A stretch of DNA of 64,000 nucleotides from Sedimentisphaerales bacterium (lineage in GTDB: Bacteria; Planctomycetota; Phycisphaerae; Sedimentisphaerales; SM23-30). The notes under the pieces were generated by a model. That model did not search any database. It saw nothing but the letters and a program-made list of their open reading frames with translations, and was not told the DNA's origin. Below are positions 1 to 8,967 of the stretch, one piece after another. A program made the translations under genes and the position numbers. The first letter of the stretch is position 1. Each line of letters starts with the position of its first letter. The stretch is taken from NCBI GenBank assembly GCA_963666285.1, contig OY762711.1. One strand, 5' to 3'.

Positions 1-395
1 TATTAAATGGTCAGGATTGCTATGTATTAAGTGGTGCATCCAATGTGTCAGTGGACAATAAATTCTGGATATCTAAGGATAACTTCCTAATTGTTAAGTT
101 TTATGACTCTCACCAGAAACCGGATGGTTATTATGATGAGAAACCTGAAGAAATTACTGATGAACAGATCGAAGATATACTCAAGCAGTTAGGTCTGGAA
201 GTTACAGAGAGCAATATCGCAAAAATACGAAAGAATAGGGAGCGGCCTTTGTCATTAGATAATGATACGAAAGAAATTGGCTACAGCTGCGAAACCCACA
301 ATAATGTTTCTATCTCAGAATTAAACGATAGTGATTTCAAATTCAATTTACCTGAAGATGCTGTGTTAAAAGATAGTTTATTTGATGGATTTTAA
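1..395 (+). CDS. 5'-truncated protein, possibly LolA-like / lipoprotein-sorting fold (C-terminal part)
   Basis: The frame is open from position 3 (LNGQDCYVLSGASNVSVDNKFWISKDNFLIVK...), so the gene starts before the window. The 'G-x-x-CYVL...FWISK..FLI.K' and terminal 'DFKFNLP' patterns resemble LolA-like proteins. Confidence 0.5.
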   Translation, partial: LNGQDCYVLSGASNVSVDNKFWISKDNFLIVKFYDSHQKPDGYYDEKPEEITDEQIEDILKQLGLEVTESNIAKIRKNRERPLSLDNDTKEIGYSCETHNNVSISELNDSDFKFNLPEDAVLKDSLFDGF

Positions 396-527
396 TACTG
401 ATCTGGTGAAAAACGGCATAACTCGGAGTGTTGATAGTTTTTGATGAATCAATTATTATTGAGAGCGATACGTTGTGAGGTAGGGAAGAGAAGGTAAAGA
501 AACAGTTTATGCTCATATTAAGGCGAA

Positions 528-1028
528 ATGATGATTATTTTACATTGTACACACAAAGCTCAAAAAAGGCTCAAAGTTCCTTTCCAAGATGATTTGCCGC
601 TTACAGAGAGTAAGTTAGGTAACTGGTATTGTAACGAATTTACATATAATCGAAGTAAGTTTTTGTTATTTGTTAACGAGGGAACTCTGTTGCCGGTTAT
701 TCTTTCGGTAAAGGCTGCTGGAAATACCGAAGCACTCTTAGATATATTCCGTCAGCGATTTTTTAAGATTTTACTCAATTGGGAAGTTTCTCAGAATCTT
801 ATAGAGCATGAGCTAGGACAGGTTCAGGAAATTGTCATTGCTAAAACTCAAAGCAAAAGTGTGCTGGGTTCAATGAATGATTTTGTGCGTTGTACGGTTG
901 GTATGTGTGAGCATCGTGAGATTGCCCCTGATAGTTCAGAGTGTCTTGCACAGTTGTTTCGAATGCCAATGGGGGCTCTGAAATATAAAAGTCCCAGGGA
1001 GGCAACTATGGATTGTTTGGGTAAGTAG
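528..1028 (+). CDS. DUF6933-like hypothetical protein
   Basis: 166-aa ORF. The motifs 'LHCT.K', 'LGNWYCN', 'LLFVNE.TLLPV' and 'KT.SKSVLGSMND' match my recollection of this family. Confidence 0.6.
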   Translation: MMIILHCTHKAQKRLKVPFQDDLPLTESKLGNWYCNEFTYNRSKFLLFVNEGTLLPVILSVKAAGNTEALLDIFRQRFFKILLNWEVSQNLIEHELGQVQEIVIAKTQSKSVLGSMNDFVRCTVGMCEHREIAPDSSECLAQLFRMPMGALKYKSPREATMDCLGK

Positions 1029-1145
1029 TTGTAATTGTATTGTATTTGTTTTAATAGCAGGGTGAGAAGAAAGTCGTAAGGACTACTGGGAATTTAATTG
1101 AGCCGGTTAATAGATGTTATTATAATAAAATTCTGGAGTACAGTC

Positions 1146-1382
1146 ATGGATCAGGAAGTATTTGAAAAATATGAAAAACGAGCACCCGGCTGGCAGCTGC
1201 GATGCTGCAAATGCGGCCATACCGAGCATTTCGGCAAATACGGCATACGACTAGGTGCGGTATCGTGGAAGAAGTTCAATATCAGCTGGTGCAGTCAATG
1301 CCGGTGGCTGAGATTTCATGCGGTAGAGAAACAGAATAAGACTCTGGCAGAATATAATACTTTAGAACTGCAGAAATGCTGA
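1146..1382 (+). CDS. Small Zn-ribbon-like hypothetical protein
   Basis: ATG at 1146 follows a GGAG RBS. Contains CCKC and CSQC pairs. Confidence 0.6.
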   Translation: MDQEVFEKYEKRAPGWQLRCCKCGHTEHFGKYGIRLGAVSWKKFNISWCSQCRWLRFHAVEKQNKTLAEYNTLELQKC

Positions 1383-1395
1383 AAAGGAGTATGTT

Positions 1396-1872
1396 TTGAG
1401 TGAAAAAATAAAACTGCCGAAGGCACTGATTGTAACAGCATATCTATTCATAATTGCAGGCTGGTTGACAGTAATAGGCATGGTTGTCAGTTTGTTTTTC
1501 GACCGATTGGAAATCAATTTCGGTTTTATTGGTATTTTTGTTGGAAGGGGGCTATTAAGATTGGATGAAAGCTGGCGAAAAGGTGCAATGTTTTTCGTCT
1601 GGTTATTATTGATAGCCTGTCCTGTTATGGTCATATCTATGTTTGTTGATCCAACAGAATGGAAATTCGTAATTGGCCGAAATGAATGGTATGCTGAAAG
1701 TGTATTGCAGATAATGATTATGTATGGTATTGACTCAACTTTGTTTGTTGTTGCTTTATGGATGCGACAGGTACTCTTGCGACCTGATATTATAAATTCA
1801 TTTTCGATGAGTTTTGACAGGAAAATGGCAGATGAACTGTCAAGTAAATGGCAGGATAATGTTTCGGGATAA
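1396..1872 (+). CDS. Hypothetical membrane protein (about 4 TM)
   Basis: TTG start after AAGGAG, with several hydrophobic segments. Confidence 0.65.
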   Translation: MSEKIKLPKALIVTAYLFIIAGWLTVIGMVVSLFFDRLEINFGFIGIFVGRGLLRLDESWRKGAMFFVWLLLIACPVMVISMFVDPTEWKFVIGRNEWYAESVLQIMIMYGIDSTLFVVALWMRQVLLRPDIINSFSMSFDRKMADELSSKWQDNVSG

Positions 1873-2043
1873 AGTGTATAAGGGGGTATAATGAAATCCC
1901 ATTTGGGTAAACCTCTTGAAGATGATTCTTTTCTCAAGGAAGATGACAGCTGGCAGCCGATGAAAGAGCCGCCTAATTCTAAAACCCATCAGCCCAAAAC
2001 TGCTTTCTTCTAACTTCTAACATTCTCTTTTTCTCTCTCTCTT

Positions 2044-2515
2044 CTCTCTTCTTACTTTTCTCACCCTTCAGATACTGCAATTTTGATATAAATTTTACTC
2101 GCGCGTCAGCATTAAAACATACGTCCCGATGTACATCGGGACACCTTCTTTACACTTTTTATTTTACCCTATACACTTCAGATGCCGCGGAGCGGCATCT
2201 GGTTGGCCCAGCGGTGAAAATCGGGCGGATAGCCTTAGAGTAAAATCATGCCGTACCAGCTCCATGGCCCGCCGCGCACCTTCCGTTGGCCTGCCGCACT
2301 ACCAGCCGCATACTCTCCGTTAGTATTCCGCGATACCAGTAGAGCTCTTCTTACCGCCGCTGCCCGCCGCGCCTCTCGGCATAGGCTCCGTTTGAGTTCA
2401 TGGTATCGCCGTCCGTCGCCGCTGGCCGTTGTTTTTATCCGTCGCTCGACTTAACGCCGCGATGCCGCCGTTACCCATCCGCGTGTACGCCGCGCACACG
2501 CCGCGATGTCTCCGT
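2044..2515 (-). repeat. GC-rich non-coding dispersed repeat, copy 1 (inverted relative to 6910-7400)
   Basis: Aligns end to end with the reverse complement of 6910-7400, with scattered substitutions and small indels. Contains the perfect palindrome GTCCCGATGTACATCGGGAC (2123-2142) and the hairpin CAGATGCCGC-GGA-GCGGCATCTG (2179-2201). Confidence 0.9.
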
Positions 2516-2656
2516 ATAGCCTCCGTAAAGCTTCGCAGGTATGGCGCAGCGACCCGCGAGGTTTTATTCAGCTTTAAATAAAACCTCGCATGGACGCAGA
2601 CATATTTCACGCGAACATATTACATATAGTAAAATTAATTTTACTAAAAAATGAGA

Positions 2657-3310
2657 TTAGATATGATTTATCTGCCTTTTGAAATACCCGGCAAGAGTGG
2701 TACCAAAACCAGCAAGAACAACCGCTCCCGGGGCTGGAACACATGGTGCCGGATTACCGCCTGATGATGAACCGTCATAATAACCATAGCTTACTTCAAA
2801 AGTGCTATCTGCTGAAAATGAGCCGAAAAGACCTATGGTGCCAGAAATTACAAAATCAGTATGCCAATCATCGCTAACACAATACCAGCTGCCGTTACCA
2901 GAGGTTGCCCCTTCATTATATACAATACCGGGATAATCAATTCTCAGCCCGGAAACCAGGCCGTCAGAATTAGTTACAACAAATTCATAATAATTGACAT
3001 TGTTATAAACATCACATGGGTACGTCAAGTAATAGGTATTATTGAGTAAAGTGAGCAGCAATCCTCCGCTGTCATACTGAAGATAATAGCCATTACTATC
3101 ACCTCTATCCCATCCTCCATCTCCATAAAATAGAATCGGCGATACCAGGCTGCCATTATCTTCAAATTCAATCTGATATATGCCATTATCGAATCCGGAA
3201 TATTTAACGGTGCCGTAAATATCGGCATTAAGCGATCCGTTAGAAAAACTTGCATAAGATAATGAACATAACGCCAGTAACACAATAATAAAAATACCAA
3301 ACCTAGACAT
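2657..3310 (-). CDS. Secreted protein with PEP-CTERM-like (VPAPGA variant) sorting signal
   Basis: ATG at 3310 follows GGAGG. It has a signal peptide (MSRFGIFIIVLLALCSLSYA) and ends in VPAPGAVVLAGFGTTLAGYFKRQ (motif, TM, basic tail). Confidence 0.8.
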   Translation of the reverse strand: MSRFGIFIIVLLALCSLSYASFSNGSLNADIYGTVKYSGFDNGIYQIEFEDNGSLVSPILFYGDGGWDRGDSNGYYLQYDSGGLLLTLLNNTYYLTYPCDVYNNVNYYEFVVTNSDGLVSGLRIDYPGIVYNEGATSGNGSWYCVSDDWHTDFVISGTIGLFGSFSADSTFEVSYGYYDGSSSGGNPAPCVPAPGAVVLAGFGTTLAGYFKRQINHI

Positions 3311-3557
3311 CCAACACACCTCCATTTTCAAAATAAAGGGACACTCCCAACTGATTATGATTATATAAACCCAGTCAGGCACACAATTAATAACACTCAC
3401 TTAAAACACTCAACAATGTTTTAAGCACACAAATTTGAAACTCAATATTCTGTAAAGGCATTTTTATGCCATCACTCAAATACATGCAAATAATAAATAC
3501 TTACATGAAATGCACTCACAAATTGTATTAAAGATTTCCAGATATGAAAAGTGATCT

Positions 3558-4295
3558 TTATTGACTAACTTTTGTAACCAGAGTAATAACAGCGATTAAG
3601 CCGCCCAGAGCAGCAACCGCCATAATAATAGTCATCATAAACAGCATACTGAAACGGCTGTTCTGTGTATTAATCATTTCCTGGAGGTGCTTTTCGTTTT
3701 CCTCCATCATCTGGCCTATATTGGCCAGACTGGCAGCCTGTGCCTGGCTGTGTTCGCTGACACTCCTGATAGAACTGTTGAATTCATTAAAGGCTTCTAC
3801 CTGCTGACCCTGATTTTCCAGGCTTTTGACCACATTGCCGGAAATCTCACTAAGCTGTTCGAGTTGTTTGCGGGAATCTTCCGGTAGAGATTTCATGAGT
3901 TCTGCAAGCTGCTCCTGACGCATAGCCTGCATTTTCATATATTCAGCAAGGTCTGTAAGTGCTTTATTCTGGCGACTTAAGCCTTCCGGTAGAAGTTCGG
4001 CAAGCATTGTAACCTTGTTGTTAAGGTCAGCGGCCTGCTCGCGATGTTGAGAAACGTTTTCGTTCATCTCACGAATAACATCAGTAAGTCGATTGAAGCC
4101 TTCTTCAATAGCAGCGATAGGTTTTGGCTTTTTGGTTCCGCCCTTACTTGCTAAAACAAAGTCGTCGTCAGCCTGAGATGAGTTGTCGATAATTAAACCT
4201 TCAGCATCAACATTAGTGACATCATCGCCAACTTTTGTGTACTGATTTCCTTTAAGCCAGCCTCCAAATCGCTTCCAAACTGATTGCTTTTCCAT
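3558..4295 (-). CDS. Coiled-coil protein with C-terminal TM anchor
   Basis: Q/E/N-rich heptad-like helix and a hydrophobic C-terminus. Confidence 0.75.
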   Translation of the reverse strand: MEKQSVWKRFGGWLKGNQYTKVGDDVTNVDAEGLIIDNSSQADDDFVLASKGGTKKPKPIAAIEEGFNRLTDVIREMNENVSQHREQAADLNNKVTMLAELLPEGLSRQNKALTDLAEYMKMQAMRQEQLAELMKSLPEDSRKQLEQLSEISGNVVKSLENQGQQVEAFNEFNSSIRSVSEHSQAQAASLANIGQMMEENEKHLQEMINTQNSRFSMLFMMTIIMAVAALGGLIAVITLVTKVSQ

Positions 4296-4520
4296 TACTC
4301 AACCCGTATAAAAAAAGTTTCTCTATTTTACCCCCGGAAAACACGAGCATTACACATGCCATGTCCAGCATTTATCTCCAAGTCCTATAATATTAGATTT
4401 GCAGATAAATACAAACAAAAAAATGGTAATAAGCAGATGATTGATAAGCGGTTACAGAAAGATATTATGTAAGTAATTACCTGTAAATGACTAACCAAAC
4501 ACGCATCGAAACGACAAATA

Positions 4521-5897
4521 TCATGAAGCGGTTAAAAGCATGTTCCGACGGTGAACTTCATTTTTAAACTTCTGGAAGTCATCATCAGAAATATTACTTG
4601 CCCGAGCGCTCATAATAGTATTGTTATGTAAAAGCGGCTCATCAGCTGGTATATCCATTAGTCGGCATGATTCGCCAAACATGGGAGTATGAGGAATTGG
4701 AGTATATTGACAAAGTCGAGCCATAACACCTGCCTGATTAACAGCTTGTGCCGATGCCTGCATTTGTTCGAGCCTCTGCCCGGGCAGGCCATTTAGGATA
4801 TACGCCTCTATCTGAGAAGCCTTATACCCTGCTGACATGAGATTTCGCACGGCATTCTGGAAATGCAAATCCGATACCTTGTTATCGCTGGCTTTCTGAT
4901 ATTCGGGTGAGGTATCGGAAGCTTCATAGCTGAGCCGAATCATTTCAAACCCGCCCCGTTTCATAAGAGCCGCTATCTCGGGAGTAATCAGCCTGCAATG
5001 CAAACCATTGGGGCTATGGAGCTTATACGGCAAACCGGTTTTTATAACCCCTTCGACGATAGGGATGAACCTCTTTTCGGCGTTGACCAGCAGAGCATCG
5101 TCCTGGAAGGCGAGATCGTATCGTTCACGAGAGTCCATAAGTTTGGTAATATGAGCGATATGCTCTAATGCCGTTTCCGGAGAGCATTGCTGAAACGTGG
5201 GCTGTAGAATTGTACCGGCACAATAATCACAGCGATTGCAGCAGCCAAGCGATGTCAGGATCGAGAAATAGTTCAGGCTATGGTAGAGATCAAAGGCCGG
5301 AGCAGGCCAATCGGCGAAGTCCGGGGATGGCCGGTCGGTAATTGCTATATTAAGTTTATCTTCCAGTATATTAAGCACTTGCAGATGGTCTGTGCCGGGC
5401 ACAACAACATCTGGCTGACATATCTTAGCGGCATGCTCCTGCATAAGAGTGGCATAAACGCCGCCGAGCAGAATCGGCGTGGCCGGCATATGCTTACGAA
5501 CCGTTGCAATGGCATCACGGACACCCGGATACCAGTATGTCATGATGCTGGTAACCAGAACGGCGTCAATACCTTCAGCAGCATGTTTGGCAAGCAGGTC
5601 CTGGAAAATGTCGTCCGGCATGCCGAACCGGTAGTAGTATCTAGGTATATGCTTTATGGGTGTCGGTTTGTCAATTTTTTGGGCAAAATACTTGCCGGTA
5701 TTGTTTGGCCGGGTCTTTTCCCTGGGAAGATCTACCATGGCCGGGTGAAACCGGTCCATACAGTCAATTAGAGATACCTGGAAACCAGCAGACCTCAGCC
5801 ATGCGGCTAAGTAAAGAATTCCCAATGGCTTAGCAAACAAGTCAAACGCGGCAAAGTCGTAGACAGGCGGATTTATTAATAGCAATCTCTTGGACAT
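4521..5897 (-). CDS. B12-binding radical SAM protein
   Basis: N-terminal 'LLLINPP...PLG..YLAA.L' cobalamin-binding domain, 'LGGVYAT', and CxxxCxxC (C-CNRCDYC). Confidence 0.9.
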   Translation of the reverse strand: MSKRLLLINPPVYDFAAFDLFAKPLGILYLAAWLRSAGFQVSLIDCMDRFHPAMVDLPREKTRPNNTGKYFAQKIDKPTPIKHIPRYYYRFGMPDDIFQDLLAKHAAEGIDAVLVTSIMTYWYPGVRDAIATVRKHMPATPILLGGVYATLMQEHAAKICQPDVVVPGTDHLQVLNILEDKLNIAITDRPSPDFADWPAPAFDLYHSLNYFSILTSLGCCNRCDYCAGTILQPTFQQCSPETALEHIAHITKLMDSRERYDLAFQDDALLVNAEKRFIPIVEGVIKTGLPYKLHSPNGLHCRLITPEIAALMKRGGFEMIRLSYEASDTSPEYQKASDNKVSDLHFQNAVRNLMSAGYKASQIEAYILNGLPGQRLEQMQASAQAVNQAGVMARLCQYTPIPHTPMFGESCRLMDIPADEPLLHNNTIMSARASNISDDDFQKFKNEVHRRNMLLTAS

Positions 5898-6052
5898 TCA
5901 GGTATTATAATACAGTTGGTAGTTATAAGAAAGAAGTTAGAGGAAATATCTACGCTTTGCTGAAATTTTCCTGGCGCGATGCCGAAAAAAGCAGACCGTA
6001 TTAGATAAATTGTTTTCAGATAATCACTTATATCAAGAAAGGATATTATATT

Positions 6053-6508
6053 ATGTTTATAGAAAGTAAGGTTAGAGAGTTGGGAATTGAGATACCAAAG
6101 GCAGCCAAAGCAGTTGGCAACTATGTACCTGTTGCTGTATCTGGCAAGATCGCATACGTTTCGGGCCAGATACCAGTTGTAGACGGAACCGTAAAGTATT
6201 GTGGTAAAGTAGGTTCTGACATATCAATAGAAGAAGCCCAGCAGGCGGCAAGGGTATGTATGTTAAACGGACTGGCACAATTGAGGGAAACAGTCGGCAG
6301 CCTGGACAATATCAGGAGCATAATCAAGATCGAGGTATTTGTGAATAGTTCAGCCGGTTTCACCGACCAGGCAAAAGTAGCAAACGGCGCATCTGATTTA
6401 CTGATAGAGATTTACGGCGAGGAAGGCAAACATGCCCGGGCAGCAGTTGGTGTTGCGGAGCTGCCGCTGAACTCAGCAGTTGAAATATCAGTTATAGCAG
6501 AAATCTAA
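6053..6508 (+). CDS. RidA/YjgF/UK114 family protein
   Basis: Motifs 'GNYVP', 'YVSGQIP', 'VANGASDLL...G.HARAAVGV.ELP'. Confidence 0.9.
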   Translation: MFIESKVRELGIEIPKAAKAVGNYVPVAVSGKIAYVSGQIPVVDGTVKYCGKVGSDISIEEAQQAARVCMLNGLAQLRETVGSLDNIRSIIKIEVFVNSSAGFTDQAKVANGASDLLIEIYGEEGKHARAAVGVAELPLNSAVEISVIAEI

Positions 6509-6642
6509 ACCGGGTATATGTGGCGACGTGTTTTTTTGATTGCAAGAGCAGCTGTTTCAATATTTTATAAAAACATAAAAAGAAATCGACACCCTATTTT
6601 TGGATTTTTCTCAGCATATTACCTTATGCCGCATCATTTGTG

Positions 6643-6651
6643 TGCTATAAT
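6643..6651 (+). promoter_or_regulatory. Extended -10 promoter (TGcTATAAT)
   Basis: Perfect TGnTATAAT about 6 nt upstream of a structured segment that ends in an intrinsic terminator. Confidence 0.55.
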
Positions 6652-6656
6652 ATAAG

Positions 6657-6758
6657 TAGGACTATATGTCCCCGATATACATGCCGAGCATGTCCTATGC
6701 CGGTATGGCTTTTGAGTGAAACCTGCCGGGTTTTGTGCTATCCGGCAGGTATTTTTTT
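6657..6758 (+). ncRNA. Candidate ~100-nt small RNA (unknown family)
   Basis: Lies between an extended -10 and a terminator. A TAGGAC/GTCCTA outer stem encloses TATAT/ATATA and CATGC-CGA-GCATG hairpins. No substantial ORF. Confidence 0.45.
6721..6758 (+). terminator. Rho-independent terminator
   Basis: ACCTGCCGG-loop-CCGGCAGGT followed by ATTTTTTT. Confidence 0.8.
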
Positions 6759-6909
6759 GGCTGAATTTAGGGATTGTGTTTCTTGAAAAAAGTTAAGTTT
6801 TGTTAACTTTATATAATAACAGTAAGTGATAGTTTGGATTTGTCTGAGCAAAAGCTGCTCAAAGTCGCTGGCGGCTGATTGATGGTATGCGGAAGTATTG
6901 CGACGGCGA

Positions 6910-7400
6910 ACGGAGACATCGTGGAGTATGCGCGGCGTGTGCGCGGAGGGTAACGGCGGCAGCGCGGCGTTATGTCGAGCAGCGGATTTAAACGGCGAGC
7001 AGCGGATTTAAACGGCGGGCAGCGGCGACGGATGGCGCTACCATGAACGCAAACGGAGCCTATGCCGAGGGGCGCGGCGGGCAGCGGCGGTAAGAAGAGC
7101 TCTACAGGTATCGCGGAATACTAACGGAGAGTATGCGGCGGCAGTGCGGCGGGCCAACGGAAGGTGCGCGGCGGGCCACGGAGGTGGTACGGCATGATTT
7201 TACTCTAAGGCTATCTGCTCGATTTTCACCGCTGGGCAGACCAGATGCCGCTCCGCGGCATCTGAAGTGTAAAGGGCAAAATAAAAATTGTAAAGAAGGT
7301 GTCCCGATGTACATCGGGACGTATGTTTTAATGCTGACGCGTGAGTAAATTTTATATCAAAATTGCAGTATCTGAAGGGTGAGAAGAGTAAGAAGAGAGA
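6910..7400 (+). repeat. GC-rich non-coding dispersed repeat, copy 2
   Basis: Reverse-complement match to 2044-2515, with the palindrome at 7301-7320. Also carries a private 20-bp tandem duplication CGAGCAGCGGATTTAAACGG (6976-6995, 6996-7015). Confidence 0.9.
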
Positions 7401-7490
7401 AAAGAGAAGGAAGAAGGAAAAAGCGGCATTGAAAGTTTAAAGTGTAAATTTAAAGTGTGAGTTCAGTGCATAGGTAACGGTTAAGATAGT

Positions 7491-8129
7491 CTAATTTTGC
7501 ATCTTAACAGTAATTCCCCCATTAATAGTCTTTAGGGCACCTCTAAAAATTCATTTTGTGTTGCGAACTACTCTTTTGCTCGCTGAACTGCGTCATACAA
7601 AACCGCAAATATCATTAAATATGAGCGGTTTTATCTTCCTTGTCAGCAAACAAAATATTTATTTCTCACATCAAAAGCAATTTCCAGAGGTACCCTTTAT
7701 TTTAACTTTCCGTTGCCATTTCCAATAATACCTCTAAGCTTCTTATGGTCAGGATTTTTTGTGACTTGCGGCAAGTTTGAATCGATATGACCAAGATCTG
7801 TCGATACATCTATATTGCCAGAATAATCTTTTGGCAGTGTTAGCCATATGCAGCCTGTATTAGCGGATAATGAAACGTCGCTAACCTTTGATCCCGGTAT
7901 ACATTTCATAGAAATATTTCCTGATATTACAGCTCCTGTCAATTCATCCACCAAAGCCTCACCATTTATCGATCCAGTCTTTACCTTTAGTTCCATATGC
8001 TGTGATTAAACGTCATCCAGCTTAATATTTCCACTGTTGGTATTGGCTGTTACATTTCCTTACACTTTTTTGATCTCAATCGAGCCGGTTATAGTACTAC
8101 AGTCAACTGAACCGTCCAGGCCGGTTACC
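7491..8129 (-). pseudogene. DUF4097 / adhesin-like beta-strand-repeat protein pseudogene
   Basis: Reads VTGLDGSVDCSTITGSIEIKKV*GNVTANTNSGNIKLDDV*SQHMELKVKTGSING...GNGNGKLK, with in-frame TAA at 8060-8062 and 8006-8008. The natural C-terminus LKTINGGITVKMQN* lies beyond a MITE insertion. The 5' end is missing. Confidence 0.75.
7535..7695. mobile_element. MITE (161 bp, non-autonomous IS derivative)
   Basis: Imperfect 17-bp terminal inverted repeats GGGCACCTCTAAAAATT / AATTTCCAGAGGTACCC, flanked by TTTA direct repeats (7531-7534, 7696-7699). Internal AAAACCGC...GCGGTTTT hairpin. Interrupts the DUF4097 frame. Confidence 0.75.
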
Positions 8130-8967
8130 GATTATGCTAAATCTAGCCCGATTTCTTATCTTAAAAACAAGGATTTCTAATCGTTATTTGCTATTTCTTG
8201 GCAATAAATACTAGAAAATAGCTTGTGCCTTGGAACCACTTACCGTTAAAATACCTACTGGAAATACAGTAATTACTTCTTTGGCAGTTAATACAAGAAA
8301 TATTTACTGTAGATTTGGTTGAGATTCGACTGGGATTCGGTCGGATTATTACGAACAAAATTCTTTAGTATTCCAACATATAAGTTGAAAACATTCTTAT
8401 TAATTCAACTTTAAAATGCTCACAAGAGAAGGATTATGCGCATAAGTCGGGATATTGGAATATCTCGGAATTAATATTAATTCCTTTGAAAAGGAGACCT
8501 TGTTATGAAAATGATTCGATTGTTGTTATTGTTGGTTTTGTTGTGTGGTTCAAGTAATTATTTAATGGGTGATATCACATACTATAATAACCAAGATAGC
8601 GGTGAGGGGGAAATAGGTGTAATGTCTGCCGGGCTTACCTTTGACCCTGATACAGATGTTCCTTTTGCAAAAAACACTCCTGTCGTAATGTACTGGTTCA
8701 GCGTGAACTGGACAAATCCGTTTCCAATTTAATAGACTTTACGTCTTGATTTTAACAACATGTTTTGCCTTCGGCAAGGCTTTATTTTACAGGTTTTTTA
8801 AGGCATTACAAAGCTCTGAATGATCTTTGAAAATGGTGGCAGCGTGCAACCACCACCATAACGACAATTCGTCGCTCAGTTCCGGCTATCCCTGGCAGGT
8901 TGCACCTCTGCAGAGCCTGCTTCCGTTTCGCCGGACAAATGCATTATCAATTACATCATTCAAACTG

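Noticed and set aside
2129..2610. ORFs 2129-2323, 2248-2454 and 2398-2610, and their counterparts 7102-7314 and 7133-7348
   Set aside because: They lie in the GC-rich repeat, frames are broken by indels between the copies, and there is no clear RBS. Likely spurious.
3457..3471. Sigma-54 promoter (TGGCA...TGC on the minus strand) for the PEP-CTERM-like gene
   Set aside because: The GG-to-GC spacing is 9 nt rather than the required 10.
6976..7025. 20-bp tandem repeat as a mini CRISPR array
   Set aside because: The units are directly adjacent with no spacers, and there are no cas genes. It is a local slippage duplication.
8006..8062. Two in-frame TAA codons as stop-codon recoding
   Set aside because: TAA terminates many intact genes in this window, and the same gene is also 5'-truncated and MITE-disrupted, so decay is the simpler explanation.
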